Below are positions 1 to 10,860 of a DNA stretch of 64,000 nucleotides, piece by piece. Source of the DNA: Mobula hypostoma (taxonomy: Eukaryota); NCBI RefSeq assembly GCF_963921235.1, contig NC_086100.1, positions 177,692,001 to 177,756,000 on the forward strand, written 5' to 3'. The position numbers were made by a program, and so were the translations under genes. The notes below the pieces were generated by a model, which was not told where the DNA came from, ran no database searches, and worked only from the letters and a program-made list of their open reading frames with translations. The stretch's first letter is position 1. The number at the start of each line of letters is the position of its first letter.

Positions 1-254
1 TAAGCAAGAGCAGTTACTATCAGTAGGTAGGATTGCAAAATTGAGATTACAATTCTTATTGAATGACAGGCAAGAGGTCAAATGGCATATTCCTATCCCT
101 AATTCATATGCTTATATGTTGACCTAGTCCACCCAGTTGCCACTGCCTTGTCATTTAAATATAACTTTTTAGGATGTGGAGAATTTCAAACATTTATTTC
201 CCTGCTCAAATCTTAATGGGCTTTCTTAAACCCTTGTGAAGTGGTACTAAACTA

Positions 255-545
255 GGACGGCACAGTAGTGTAGCAGTTAGCACAACACTTTACAGTATCA
301 GCAACCTGGGCTCAATTCCCGCACTATCTGTAAGGATATTTGTACGTTCTCCTTGTGACCCCGTGGGCTTCCTCCAACCAGGTGCTCTGGTTTTCTTCCA
401 CGGTCAAAAGATGCACCGGTCGGTATGTTCATCGGTCACTGTAAATTGTCCCGTGATTAGGCTAGTGTTAAATCATGGGTTGCTGGGCAGTGTGGCTCAA
501 AGGGCTGGAAGGCCATACTCCACAGTACAGCTCAATAAATAAATA
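255..545 (+). mobile_element. tRNA-derived V-SINE (HE1-like, chondrichthyan)
   Basis: tRNA-like head with degenerate A/B boxes (gtagtgtagcagttagc...gggctcaattccc), V-domain-like core (gtacgttctccttgtgacc...gggctttcctcc...ggtgctctggttttcttccac) and (aaat)n tail. Confidence 0.8.
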
Positions 546-559
546 TTGAGACCAAGAAT

Positions 560-2020
560 CTGGCTGGAGCCTAAGGGGAATCTGATAATCTAATTCAACA
601 TTAAGAAAGAGAATGTGCTGGAACTGTTATAAAATATTAAGATAGGTAAGCCCCAGAGGCTGGATGGGATATACCTCAGGTGAATACAGGAAGTAAGGTA
701 AGAGATTGTGTCCTCAATGGCCACAGGAGTAGCAAATGATTGGAAGGTGGCAAATGTTCTTTCCTCAAAGAATGGGAGTAGGGATAGACAGCATGGCTGT
801 GTTAGGAGCAGATAATGCCTCATGAACCTGACTGAATTTCTCAAGGATGTGACAAAGCACAGTGATGACGGCAGAGCGGTGGATGTGGTGTATATGGATT
901 TTAGTAAGATTTTTAATAAGGTTCCCTATAGTAGGCTCACCCAGTAAGTCAGGAGGGATGGGATCCAGCAAAACCTGGCCGTGTGGTTCAGAACTGGCTT
1001 GCCCATAGAGGGCAGAGAGTGAATGTAGATGATGCATATTCTGCCTAGAGGTTGGATCGCGAGGATCTGTTCTGGGACCGTTGCTCTTTGTGATTTTTAT
1101 AAATGACTTGGATGAGGAAGTGGAAGGGCAAGTTAGAAAGTTTTCAGCTAACACAGTGATTGGTGGTGGTGTAGACAACGTAGAAAGTTGTCGTGGGATA
1201 CAGTAAGATTGACAAGACACAGAACTGGGATGAGAACTGACAGATGGAATTCAACACAAAAATTGTGAAGGTGAACTTGAAGGGAGAATACAGAATTAAT
1301 TTCAGGATTTTTAGCAGTGTGGAGAAACAGAAAAATCTTGGGGTCCACATCTATAGATCCTCAAAGTTAACAATCAAGTTAATAGGATTGTTAAGAAGGC
1401 AATATAGAGTGCTGGTCTTCATTAGTCACTGGATTGAGTTCAAGAGCTGCGAGGTAACATTACAGCTTTGTAAAACCCTAGTTAGACCATATTTGGAATA
1501 TTGTGTTCAGTTCTGGTCACCTCATTATAGAAAAGATGTGGAAGCTTTAGAGAGGTTGCAGAGATTTACCAGGATGCTGCCTGGATTAGAGAGCATTTCT
1601 TATGAGGATAGACTGAGCAAGTTGGGACTTTTCTCTTTGAAGCAAAGGAGGATGAAGGGCGACTTGACAGAGGTGTACAACATGATATAGGCATAGATTG
1701 AGTGGACAGGGACTTCTTTTCCCAGGGCGAAAACAGCAAATGCGAGAGGGCATAATTTTAAGGTGAACAGAGGTAAAGGGGGATGATAGGGGTATGTTTT
1801 TTTGTTACACTGTGTGTGTGGTAGGTGCATGAAACACACTGCCAGGGATGGTGGTAGAGGCTGATACATTTGGGGCATTTCAGAAAATCTTAAATAAGTA
1901 CATGATGAAAGGAGCATTATGAAGAAAGGAGGGGTTAGAATGATCTTTGATAAAAGGTTAAGAGGCTGGCACAACATCGTGGGCCAAAAGATCCGTACTG
2001 TGCTGTATTGTTCTTTCTTG
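560..2020 (+). mobile_element. Degenerate 5'-truncated CR1 LINE (RT C-terminal half and 3' UTR)
   Basis: Fragmented ORF2 motifs, including LVRPYLEYCVQFWSPHYRKDVEALE (ORF 1244-1690), with many stops and frameshifts. Confidence 0.9.
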
Positions 2021-2123
2021 TATGACAACTTTGCTTTTGCCATCACTAGTAGACTCACAGTTGTTTTAAAATTCAAATTCTAAAAACATCTTGGTGATAA
2101 CTGTAGCTACATTCTTTGGGTTA

Positions 2124-2200
2124 CCAGGAGTTCCCAATCTGGAGTCCATAGACCCCTTGCTTATTGGTATTGGTCCATGGTATAAACAAGGTTAGGCCAT
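2124..2200. mobile_element. Short hAT-like MITE remnant
   Basis: Begins caggagttcccaatctggagtccatagacccc, resembling caggggttcccaac-type hAT termini. A related sequence lies in the opposite orientation at about 49793-49875. Confidence 0.45.
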
Positions 2201-2529
2201 CCTACCAGATCACAAGTCCAAGTAGCATCCCATTATGCTATTTTTAAAAATATTGTGCATTTTAAGCCTTTCTATCCCTTGATTTATTTCACCTCATTTT
2301 TTGATATCCTCACTGAGTCATTCTTTCCTATCACAAACAGCAATATGTCTCTTGCATTCTACCTTTTTATTTGTGTGCGCAAACATTGCATATTAATAAT
2401 AAAATATCCTGGACTACATCCTTTCAAATCTGAATCTTGATGTTGCAGATACTTTTCACAGAATCCTTTAAAAGTTGCACACATTTGGCTGGATAACTAT
2501 AAATGATCTGAATTTAAAATTTTGGCTAA

Positions 2530-2700
2530 AAATAACAAAATTTGTCAGGGAGCAGCGATGGAGACAGAAAAGCAGTTTAATATTTTGATTTGACTTTGAA
2601 GATTAACTTCTGAAGAAAAATCTTTTGACCTGAAATGTTAACTGTTTCTCTCCCCACAGATGCTGCCAGACTAGATGAGAATTTCCAGCATTTTCTGCTT
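2530..2700. mobile_element. Old fold-back Penelope-derived element with degenerate hammerhead motif
   Basis: ctgaagaa...gacctgaaatgttaactg at about 2610-2644 is followed by the family body (cagatgctgccagact...tccagcattttctg). A decayed inverted half lies upstream. Confidence 0.55.
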
Positions 2701-4059
2701 TCACGACAGGTTCCCATCATCCTCAGTAATTTTGTAATGAGTCTTCCAAATTATTTCATGAAGGCTAGGAAAGCTGATACTTGTTTTAATTCAGCATAAA
2801 GTTAACTGCAACAGAAAGACCCTGAGTGAACATGAAAATGTTAGAAATAAAGAAATAAACATTTGAAAGATTGGCCCAGGACAGAAGACTTTAGCAAGCT
2901 GCTTTCAGTGGCCTTTGCCCCAGTTGGGGTGACGGGGTTAACTATTTTCTAAACAAAGTCAATATTAACGTATTTATTGACTACTACAAAACATCAGGAA
3001 TGCTGAAGTGTAGCACATTTATCCCAACCCAAATTAACAACAAAGAGCATTAGCAGATTTCTAAATTTCTAAATATTTATGCAGCAGTTTCACCAAGTGT
3101 AACTCATTCCACCTGATGGCCATGACGTGACTGGTCTGGTCAACTTTATTGGTGCAGAAACTAAGCTATTGGCATCAAATATGTTAATATATTCATTTTA
3201 AATACAAGTGAAAAGTTATTTAAATTTTACTTGGGCAAACATTTCCGTTAAAATTGCTGAATGAATACATAGCTATTAGATAGAATTATGGTAACTCTTA
3301 GATAGAATAATTTCATGTAAGATGTAACCACCCTAATGAAAGATGCATAGGGAGAAATCATGAAATGCAAAATACTGCTAAGGTGATGGCCACAGGTTAA
3401 AAATATTGCACTATCCCTACAATGAATTAGAATGGAATACTAACTTGTAACATTGCTATACGGCCTCATCAAATTTACAATTGTTGCAGTAAAATAAATT
3501 AGTCTACAGGATAAAAGCGGTATTCTAAAATACATTTTCTATGAATATTGCTGATGCTTTTAATCAATGCAACAGAATTATCAGATCACTTGTATTTATA
3601 TTACATGATATAACATAACATTGTGCTATGAAATAAGGCATACGGATACTGCATCAAATTGTGCTATTAATAAATCGTCACTTTTTATAACAGGCTGAAC
3701 TTTTAGTCTTGAAAAGTAATTTTTTACCGTCCTATAGACAGTTTTTTTTCTATAAGCACGGTAAGAAAACAGTTCAAGATTCAAAATTCTGTTTAAGTAT
3801 TAATACGTTTTTGTAAATTGTCTTGCAAAGCTAGAAGTTTGTTTTGAAAATGCAATTATTTTAACCCCACAGATTAAATGCCACCACTATAAAATACTTA
3901 AAACTTTTAAAACTGTTTATAATAATGAATTTTCACATTAATAACTAAAATTTTTGAAAAAACATCCAATCTTCGGTTATCAGCTGTTTGTAAAAAAAAT
4001 TTCCGGTCCTAGTAATATTTGAAAAATGCCAACCCATATTTCTTAAATCACAAAAAATA

Positions 4060-4950
4060 CTGCATGTCTACGTTAGCGGAATCGGCGGAGGCCGAGGGCC
4101 AATCCTTCGGTAATGGCGTTTGCACCACGCGAAGAAAAAGGTTAGGAAATGGGGAAACAGCACACGGACACACTCATCTCGGGGCCCGCCTCAGGCGAAG
4201 AACGCCACTAGGCCGCAGCCACACCGCCTCTCTGATCGGGGCTATTTCTCTCTCCTTTAAATTAATATTTTATTTCCTTGTTTGGTGGTTGGTGTGGTGG
4301 TTATTGTGGTTGCGCTGACTGCTGGAGCTGAACTCACCTTCTCGGTTCGTTTGCACGGATCTATTAATCTCCCTGTTATTACTACTGTCACCCCCTGCCA
4401 GACTGTTACATGAAAAGTCGGCCTTTTGCTTTCTAAAACTCTCCACTAGCTGCGGGATGGGGCCGCTCATCTCCATGGTGCCAAGTGACCAGCGACTCCA
4501 CTGCGCCTGCGCCTCAGGCTGGCGAGCAGGGGCGGGGCCACCCGTTTCCCTAACGACAGGGCCCGTCGTCGCTACTACGCTTGCGCCACTCGGCCCGGGC
4601 CCGGCCGGCGGGTGTGGTATGTTCGGGTGCTGATCGTGCGGAAGAAGCAAATTTTGTGTAATGAACCATTTCCCGAACTTAATAAAAAGCCTCATTAATT
4701 AGAAAGGAGCTGGAGACAGACAAGTCCCCCCTGACAACATTGCCACTGTCAGCGGAGAGGGGCAAACGCCCGGTCCTCATGGCAGCACATGACCAGCAAC
4801 TCCACCCCATTTGCTCCTGCGCCATAGCCCCATGTCGTGATCAAGTCCACAGCGGCATTATCGTGCCTCAACAGTATCACGAAGGTGGGAGAAGACCTAG
4901 TGGTAGCGGCGAGATGGGTCTTTTAATTGCTGTTGTGGTAAAGACTCGTC
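4060..4950. promoter_or_regulatory. CpG-island housekeeping-type promoter of the minus-strand gene
   Basis: Sharp rise in GC and CpG against AT-rich flanks. NRF1-like TGCGCCTGCGC at 4502-4512, GC box GGGGCGGGGC at 4529-4538, ETS-like CGGAAG at 4639-4644. Confidence 0.75.
4338..4476 (-). CDS. Probable first coding exon of an unidentified gene (MEMSGPIPQLVESFRKQKADFSCNSLAGGDSSNNREINRSVQTNRE, phase-1 intron follows)
   Basis: Strong Kozak context ggcaccATGg, consensus donor AAG|GTGAGT at 4338/4337, location inside a CpG island. No downstream exon was found within the window. Confidence 0.6.
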
Positions 4951-5093
4951 TTTGAGATGCGATGGGGGGGGGGGGAATGATCCGTATTGTTCCTGCCCTG
5001 TGTCACAGGAGGTGGAAAAGGCAGATAAAGCATTTCATCGAGTGAGTTCCACTCGAGTAAAATGCTTTCTGAATATTTGTTCCGTACCTAATC

Positions 5094-5186
5094 CAGACAT
5101 CCCAGCTCTCCCGGGAGTTCCGGGAGTCTCCCGCAAATTGATGGAGCTACCTCCCTGAAATGAGTTTTTGCAGGGTGGGATGTCTG
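5094..5186. mobile_element. 93-bp MITE with 11-bp TIR and 6-bp TSD
   Basis: TIR cagacatccca...tgggatgtctg, flanked by ctaatc at 5088-5093 and 5187-5192. Confidence 0.8.
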
Positions 5187-5569
5187 CTAATCATTTGCGT
5201 AAGTATGACAATGTCAAACTTGTCCATCCAGATTCCTCGCACGTACATACCGTATAGTATACACCGTAACACCAGTCATACCGGATGGAAACAGTCACTA
5301 TGGCCGCACAGGTGCATACTGACCAAGATGCTTCATACAAAATAGTCCTATTAACCTGGGCTTGGCCAATAATCTTCTCAACCTTTTCTGTCCATGTACC
5401 TGCCCAACTGTATTTTAAAAGTTGCCATATCTTCTTCAAAAACTCCCACGTACACGCCAACCTCTTTAAAAAAACAAGTTACCGTTCAAGTTCTTATTAA
5501 ATCGTTCGCCCAGAACATATACCATCTAGTTCTTGGTTACCCTGCCCTCAGAAAAAGACTGAGTGCACC

Positions 5570-6065
5570 ATAAAAAGCATCCAAGCCAGATACCTCATGG
5601 CTTGTAATGGCAGCCGCTTTGCCCAAGACTACAATAAACCAGAGAGTTATAGATGCAGCTCAGCGCATCATGGAAACCAGCCCCTGTCTAGACTTTTCGC
5701 TGTCTTGGTAAAGCAGCCAGTATAACCAAAGACTCCTCCCACTCCAGATTTTCTTTCTACCCCCATGTCCAATCGGGCAGAAAATAGTGTACCACAGTCT
5801 CAAGGATAGCTTCTATCTCCTAAGACCGTTGGTTGGACCTCTAGTACAATAAGGTGGACTCAGCCTTACAAATTGCCTCGTCTTGGCCTTGCATATTATT
5901 GTCTGCCTGCACTGCACATTCTCTGAAATTGTAACACTATATTCTGCATTTTATTGCTTTTGCATGCACTACCTTGTTCTGATATGATGAAATGATCAGT
6001 ATGATTGGCATGTAAACAGAGTTTTTCTATGTACCTTGGTACTGGTAATAATCATAAACCTGTTT
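5570..6065 (+). mobile_element. Degenerate Rex1/Babar-type LINE 3' fragment
   Basis: Similar to the 3' ends of the better-preserved copies at about 28.3-28.8 kb and 37.0-37.6 kb (cagcgcatcatggaaaccagcc, aaggatagcttctatc). Confidence 0.6.
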
Positions 6066-6370
6066 ACCTCTTTCTCTATCGTTATCCCTCATGATTTGAG
6101 CCACCTTTGATGAAGGCCAGTGTATCAAAAGTCTTTTTCCACCACACTGTCTACCTATGACTTCATGTTAGGGGAATCATGTACCTAGTCCAGAGCCCTA
6201 CCGTCATTTGAATTTCCAAAATGCAGCAAGACGGATTGTTTTCATCTGCAGCTGACCCAGCACGAGATGAGAGACTGCTGCATGCCTGTTCTTGCAGAAA
6301 CATGGCTCCAGGACAACATCCCATGCACCATCAATCTTCAGGCCATGCCACTCAGGATCTTATGCTAATA

Positions 6371-6882
6371 CAGTACTGTGCAAAAGTTTTAGGCACTGAT
6401 ATATAGCTAGGATACATGAGACTTTTGCCCAGTACTGTAGCAATTTTATGTATTGCACTATACTGCTGCTGCTAAAAGAAATCATGGCCTATGAGAGTGG
6501 TGACAAACCTGATTCTGATATGGGTCTCTATTGTGGACTGGGAGAGGGGAATCACGGTTGGGAAAAGGGGAAGGGAAGGAGAGGGGTGCTGCAAGCACCT
6601 GAGAGACATTCTATAATGATCAATAAACCAATTGTTAGGAATCAAATGACCTTGTTTGGTGTCTCAGGGCAGGGTGCGTCTGCACCCGTGCTACCCCTCC
6701 CTACCCCTGGCACTCCTCTTCTGCCACCTGTCCCACACTCCTCATGTTGTTCCACCCTCACCTTTCCCAATGTCCTTTGCTCTTGCAGATTTATGAATTC
6801 AATCTCTGCTCCACGTTGACAAGTACGGTTGTGTGCAAAAGTCTAGCTATATATGTGTGCCTAAGGCAGTTGCACAGTACTG
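6371..6882. mobile_element. Composite Tc1/mariner-type MITE
   Basis: TA|cagtactgtgcaaaagttttaggcac ... gtgcctaaggcagttgcacagtactg|TA. Each end is itself a mini element of about 65 bp (6371-6437 and about 6820-6882). Confidence 0.75.
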
Positions 6883-7124
6883 TATTATTGAGTGACTATG
6901 TGCTATCGTAACTATTGTGCTGTGTGTCACAGTATTGTGCTTTGCAACTTGTCTCTGGGCGAACACTTCCATTTACCTCTATACTGTGCATGTGTATGGT
7001 TGAATGACGTACTTGAACTTGCACTACACCCATCTAAAATGAACTCCATTTGCTATTCCTTGCCCATTTATTCAGTTGACTTAGATCCCCCTTAATTTTT
7101 GATAACCTTCTTCACTGTCAACTA

Positions 7125-7556
7125 GCAACACACACAGAATGCTGGAGGGTTTCAGCAGGGCCAGCACCATTTGTGGAAAAGTGTAAATAGTTGAAGTTTT
7201 GGGCTGAGACCCTTCATCAGGACTGGAATAAACGATGAGAAATCAGAGTAAGAAGATGGGTGGAGAGGAGGAAGAAGTGCAAGGTGGAGGGTGAAAACAG
7301 CAGAAGTAAAGAGCTGGAAAGTCTATTGGTGAAAGAGATAATGGGCTGGAGAAGTGGGAATCTGATAGTAGAGGACAGATAACCATGGAAGAAAGGGAAG
7401 AGGGAGGAGCACCAGAAGGAGGTGACGAACAGGTAAAGGAGATAAGGTGAGAGAGGGAAACAGGAACGGTGAAGGAGTGGGGGGGAGGCAATTACCAGAA
7501 GTTCAAGAAATTGATGTTCATACCATCAGGTTGGAGGCTATCCAGATGAAATATAA
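7125..7556 (-). mobile_element. Penelope-like element 3' remnant (endonuclease C-terminus, 3' UTR and hammerhead-bearing terminal repeat)
   Basis: Minus strand 7556-7492 translates LIFHLDSLQPDGMNINFLNFW*, matching the IFRLGSLQPxGMN-type end of Penelope GIY-YIG ORFs. A pyrimidine-rich UTR follows, then cagtc-ctgatga-a-gggtctcagccc-aaaac. Confidence 0.75.
7188..7225 (-). ncRNA. Minimal hammerhead ribozyme motif, degenerate (G12 to A)
   Basis: Minus strand: cagtc CTGATGA a gggt-ctca-gccc AAAA c ttc aacta. Confidence 0.6.
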
Positions 7557-8139
7557 GTAGAATTTTATTGTTTTGGTAGTCTAATGTAGCTGAGTCCTTT
7601 TGATAATTTTCCTTTTTAGCTAACTTTAACTATTGGCTTTGCTTTTGAACTTATCATACCAAACATCTCAAATTAACTACATCATAGCTGATATCAGCTA
7701 TAATTAAGAGGAGGAATATTATCCAGCTATCCCATTGCTCATTGCACCCCATTCCTTCCTCCTACCTAATATAAGTGCAAATGTCTGATGAGAACATACC
7801 ACATCAACCTACAGATAGATTGAAAAAAAATCAACCAGATTTTCTATTCCTAATTATTGCAACCAGAACATGTGTCCTTCAGGGAAGGACATTACTAAAT
7901 ATGTGGATATTCACCTCAATCCCTGTTTCTTAACATTCGGTATAGGTAGTTAGCATCATCTGCCTAGATGCATAAAATTGGACATCTGACCAAAGTGGTA
8001 GACCATAAAATATAGGAGCAGAATTAGGCCATTTGGCCCTGCCTTTTCATCATGATTGATCCAATTTTCCTCTCAGCCCCAATCTCCTGCCTTCTCCCTG
8101 TATCCATATCTGACCAATTAAGAACATTGATTTCTGCAA

Positions 8140-8410
8140 CTTACAGTACTTTTAACACCCCCTTCCCATCCTCTTTGTTTTCATTCCCCATTCCATTTTC
8201 TTATCCCTTCTTGCCTGTCCATCACCTCTCTCTGACGCCCCTCTTTCTTTCCTTTCTCCCATGGTCTGCTTTTATCACCTATCAGATTCCATCTTCTTCA
8301 GCCCTTTACCTTTCCCACCTATCACCTTCCAAATTCTCACTTCATTTCCACTTCCCCAACCACTCAGCTTCTTCCTCACCTGGTTTCATTTATCCCCTGC
8401 TGGCTTGTAG
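8140..8410 (+). mobile_element. Penelope-like 3' UTR fragment, inverted relative to 7250-7480
   Basis: cctttctcccatggtctgc...cctatcagattccatcttcttcagccctt is homologous to the reverse complement of 7330-7400. Confidence 0.6.
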
Positions 8411-8439
8411 AGGTAGAGGTATGTACGCTATCTTACCGA

Positions 8440-8810
8440 AACATATTAAGGACAAAATGGGGTAAACGCTGGGAGGTTGTTTCCTCTCAAGGGGAATCCA
8501 GCCCCAGAGGGCATGGTCTCAGAAGGGGTGCCATTTAAAACTAAGATGAGGAAGAATTTCTTCTTTCAGAAAGTTGCAAGTGTTTGGAACGCCTTACCAA
8601 AGAGAGCAAATGGTGCATAGTCCTTGTTTTTTTTTCTGAAGACTGAATTAGATAGACTTCTATTAGTAAGGAAATCAAAGGTTGTGGGGAAAGGGCAAGA
8701 AAGTAGACTTGAGGATTATTCACTCAACTGTGATCCTATTGAATGGTGGCTAGGTAGTGAAGAACTGAATTGCCTACACATGTTGCTACTTGTTATGATC
8801 TCAGAGAAAA
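8440..8810 (+). mobile_element. CR1 3' tail fragment
   Basis: Contains the recurrent CR1 end motif aagatgaggaagaatttcttctttcaga and the downstream UTR. Confidence 0.7.
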
Positions 8811-9709
8811 AATTTCATATGATATTTGAGAAGAATTAGGCCATTTGGTCCCTTAGTCTGCTCCGCCATCCCATCCTGCCTGCCATAATGTGAAGAGATC
8901 AAATCAAATTTTAAAATAATAAAAATCAAATACAAATAACCCTATCCAGTAAATCATGTCATACTGAGTGACTGACAATAAGCAATGGCCACAGCTCTTC
9001 ATGGATGACCTCTATCCCAGCATCAGTATGACGGTCAGCAAGCTGATACATGGAAATCAGTGATCCCCATTTGAGTAGTGGGAGAGATCTGAGGAAGGAA
9101 TGCGTGGAATTCTGCTCCTTGATGAAGTGGGGCAGGATGTGAAGTTGGAAAATTGGGAGGTTAGTGAGGATGTGGCAAAAGAAAGGGAACTTCAAAACAA
9201 CTTTAGCCCTGGTTGGGGGGGGGGACGTTCAACGTCACTGCCAATTACCAGACACAAGAAGAACGTAAATCCACCGGGTGTGTTCAATAGAGACCTGTCC
9301 AACAAAGCAGCATCATGATACTCATGAGTTAACATGTAATGTCCTGCGATAATTAAGGACCTGTCCGACCAGTGGTCAGACAAATACAGATTGTGAGACG
9401 TTAGTTGGCCATGCACTCCAGTGAATGGAGGGATAACTGGAAGGATTAGCAGACTGGTGTGGGAACACATGAAATATTACAGGCATTGTTAGCATTAATA
9501 TGATAACGCCAGTCATTAGGTAGTTTAGGCTAGGGCAAAATCATCTTTCTTGATAAGCTTTTAAAAAATTAACACATTCTTAAACCTAGGCTAATAACGA
9601 AAACAATATTAGTTGAAAGAAAAGCTACCCAGCCGTAAACTGGTGAGCAGAACATGTGAGTTTACAAATTCAGTTAATTTTTGCAGTAACTCTTGTTATT
9701 GCTTCAGTG

Positions 9710-9752
9710 TGACGTCAATATTCATGCTGATCAAAGCACCACCATCTGCTGG
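9710..9752. promoter_or_regulatory. Full CRE palindrome next to a CTCF-like site, about 1.1 kb upstream of the V1R/ORA gene
   Basis: TGACGTCA at 9710-9717; minus-strand CCAGCAGATGGTGG at 9752-9739. Motif matches only. Confidence 0.35.
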
Positions 9753-10182
9753 TACTCATCAGTCACTGCATGCTATTTTCTTTTCACATTGAAATATTCT
9801 GCAGATTGAAGATTGCATTTCAATTCATTCTTAAATGGGATTGTAGGTAGATAGGCACCCAGTTCAAAATATGAAAATTTATAGATGGTAACAAGATAGG
9901 TTCACCTGGAAGATGACTGTAAGTGCCTCCCTCTTTCGAAAATACCATGAGATATAGGAAGAATGCCTTCGTAAATCCGAGATTATCTATGATGAAACGG
10001 TGCAGTACTGGAGGATAATTGAATAACTTTTACAAAAGATGGCCCCACGCCTGCACACATTGGTATTGGTTTATTATTGTCACACTACCAAAATACAGTG
10101 AAAAGCCTTTGTTTGCACGTCATCTTGTCAGACCATGCCATACAGAAGTACATCGAGGAAGTTAAGGGGGGTGGGGGAGGGA

Positions 10183-10783
10183 CTTAATTAGCCATTTCTT
10201 GTTTCCAGTGAGCAATAGGTCAATGATTTTCCCGATCCCTGTGACATTATTCGGAGATAGTCTCATTGTTGCTGGGATTGAGCTGTGCACAAACAAGTCG
10301 ACATCAGCGGATAAACCGTAAAACCAACAAGAAAGCTCCGAAACCAAGGACAGTGCTATATAAAAACGGCTTATACAAATACTTTATACATCTGAAACCC
10401 TATCGTTAGTAAAGTCCTGAACAAGTGTGAACTTCACTTGGAGCAGCGGGAAAATCCCGCGGATGCTGGATTGGAAACAGGAGGCCGGATGGACTCCGGG
10501 TGGTTGGACTGTACCTGCTGCGAACATCCACATTCGGGCAAGGACTCTTCCTTAGGTGTCGCCGCCGCTCTAAGCATTGTTGCTTTGGAGCGAACTTCAT
10601 ATCTCCAGCTAACCTCATCAGACCCTCAACCTCTGCCGGATCCCGTTCCTATAAAATCAAACCAAAGACAGACAGACAGACAGACAGACACACACACACA
10701 CACACACACACACCTGGTTTACTGTTTCTATGGCGATGTGGTCGAGTGATTGTTGCTCCGTCATTTAGCCGCAGAATATAAAT
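10183..10783 (+). promoter_or_regulatory. Candidate proximal promoter / 5' region of the V1R/ORA gene
   Basis: Homeodomain-type TTAATTAG at 10184-10191; TATA-like TATATAAAA at 10357-10365 and TATAAAT at 10777-10783. The transcription start is unknown. Confidence 0.3.
10666..10713. repeat. Compound microsatellite (GACA)n(CA)n
   Basis: Directly visible, about 150 bp upstream of the receptor ATG. Confidence 0.95.
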
Positions 10784-10860
10784 GACCTGGAAACACGGAC
10801 TGGAAAGGGGAAGTTTTTTTTTGTGTGTCTCGTCCTTAAGGGGGGAGGGGGCAGACAAAG

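Noticed and set aside
2700-2860. Exon 2 of the minus-strand gene at acceptors near 2806 and 2822
   Set aside because: Both candidate acceptors lead to stops within a few codons in the phase-1 frame.
4270-4695. 141-aa minus-strand ORF as a complete single-exon gene
   Set aside because: The upstream part crosses promoter motifs. The strong Kozak ATG at 4476 and the donor at 4338 explain it better as a first exon.
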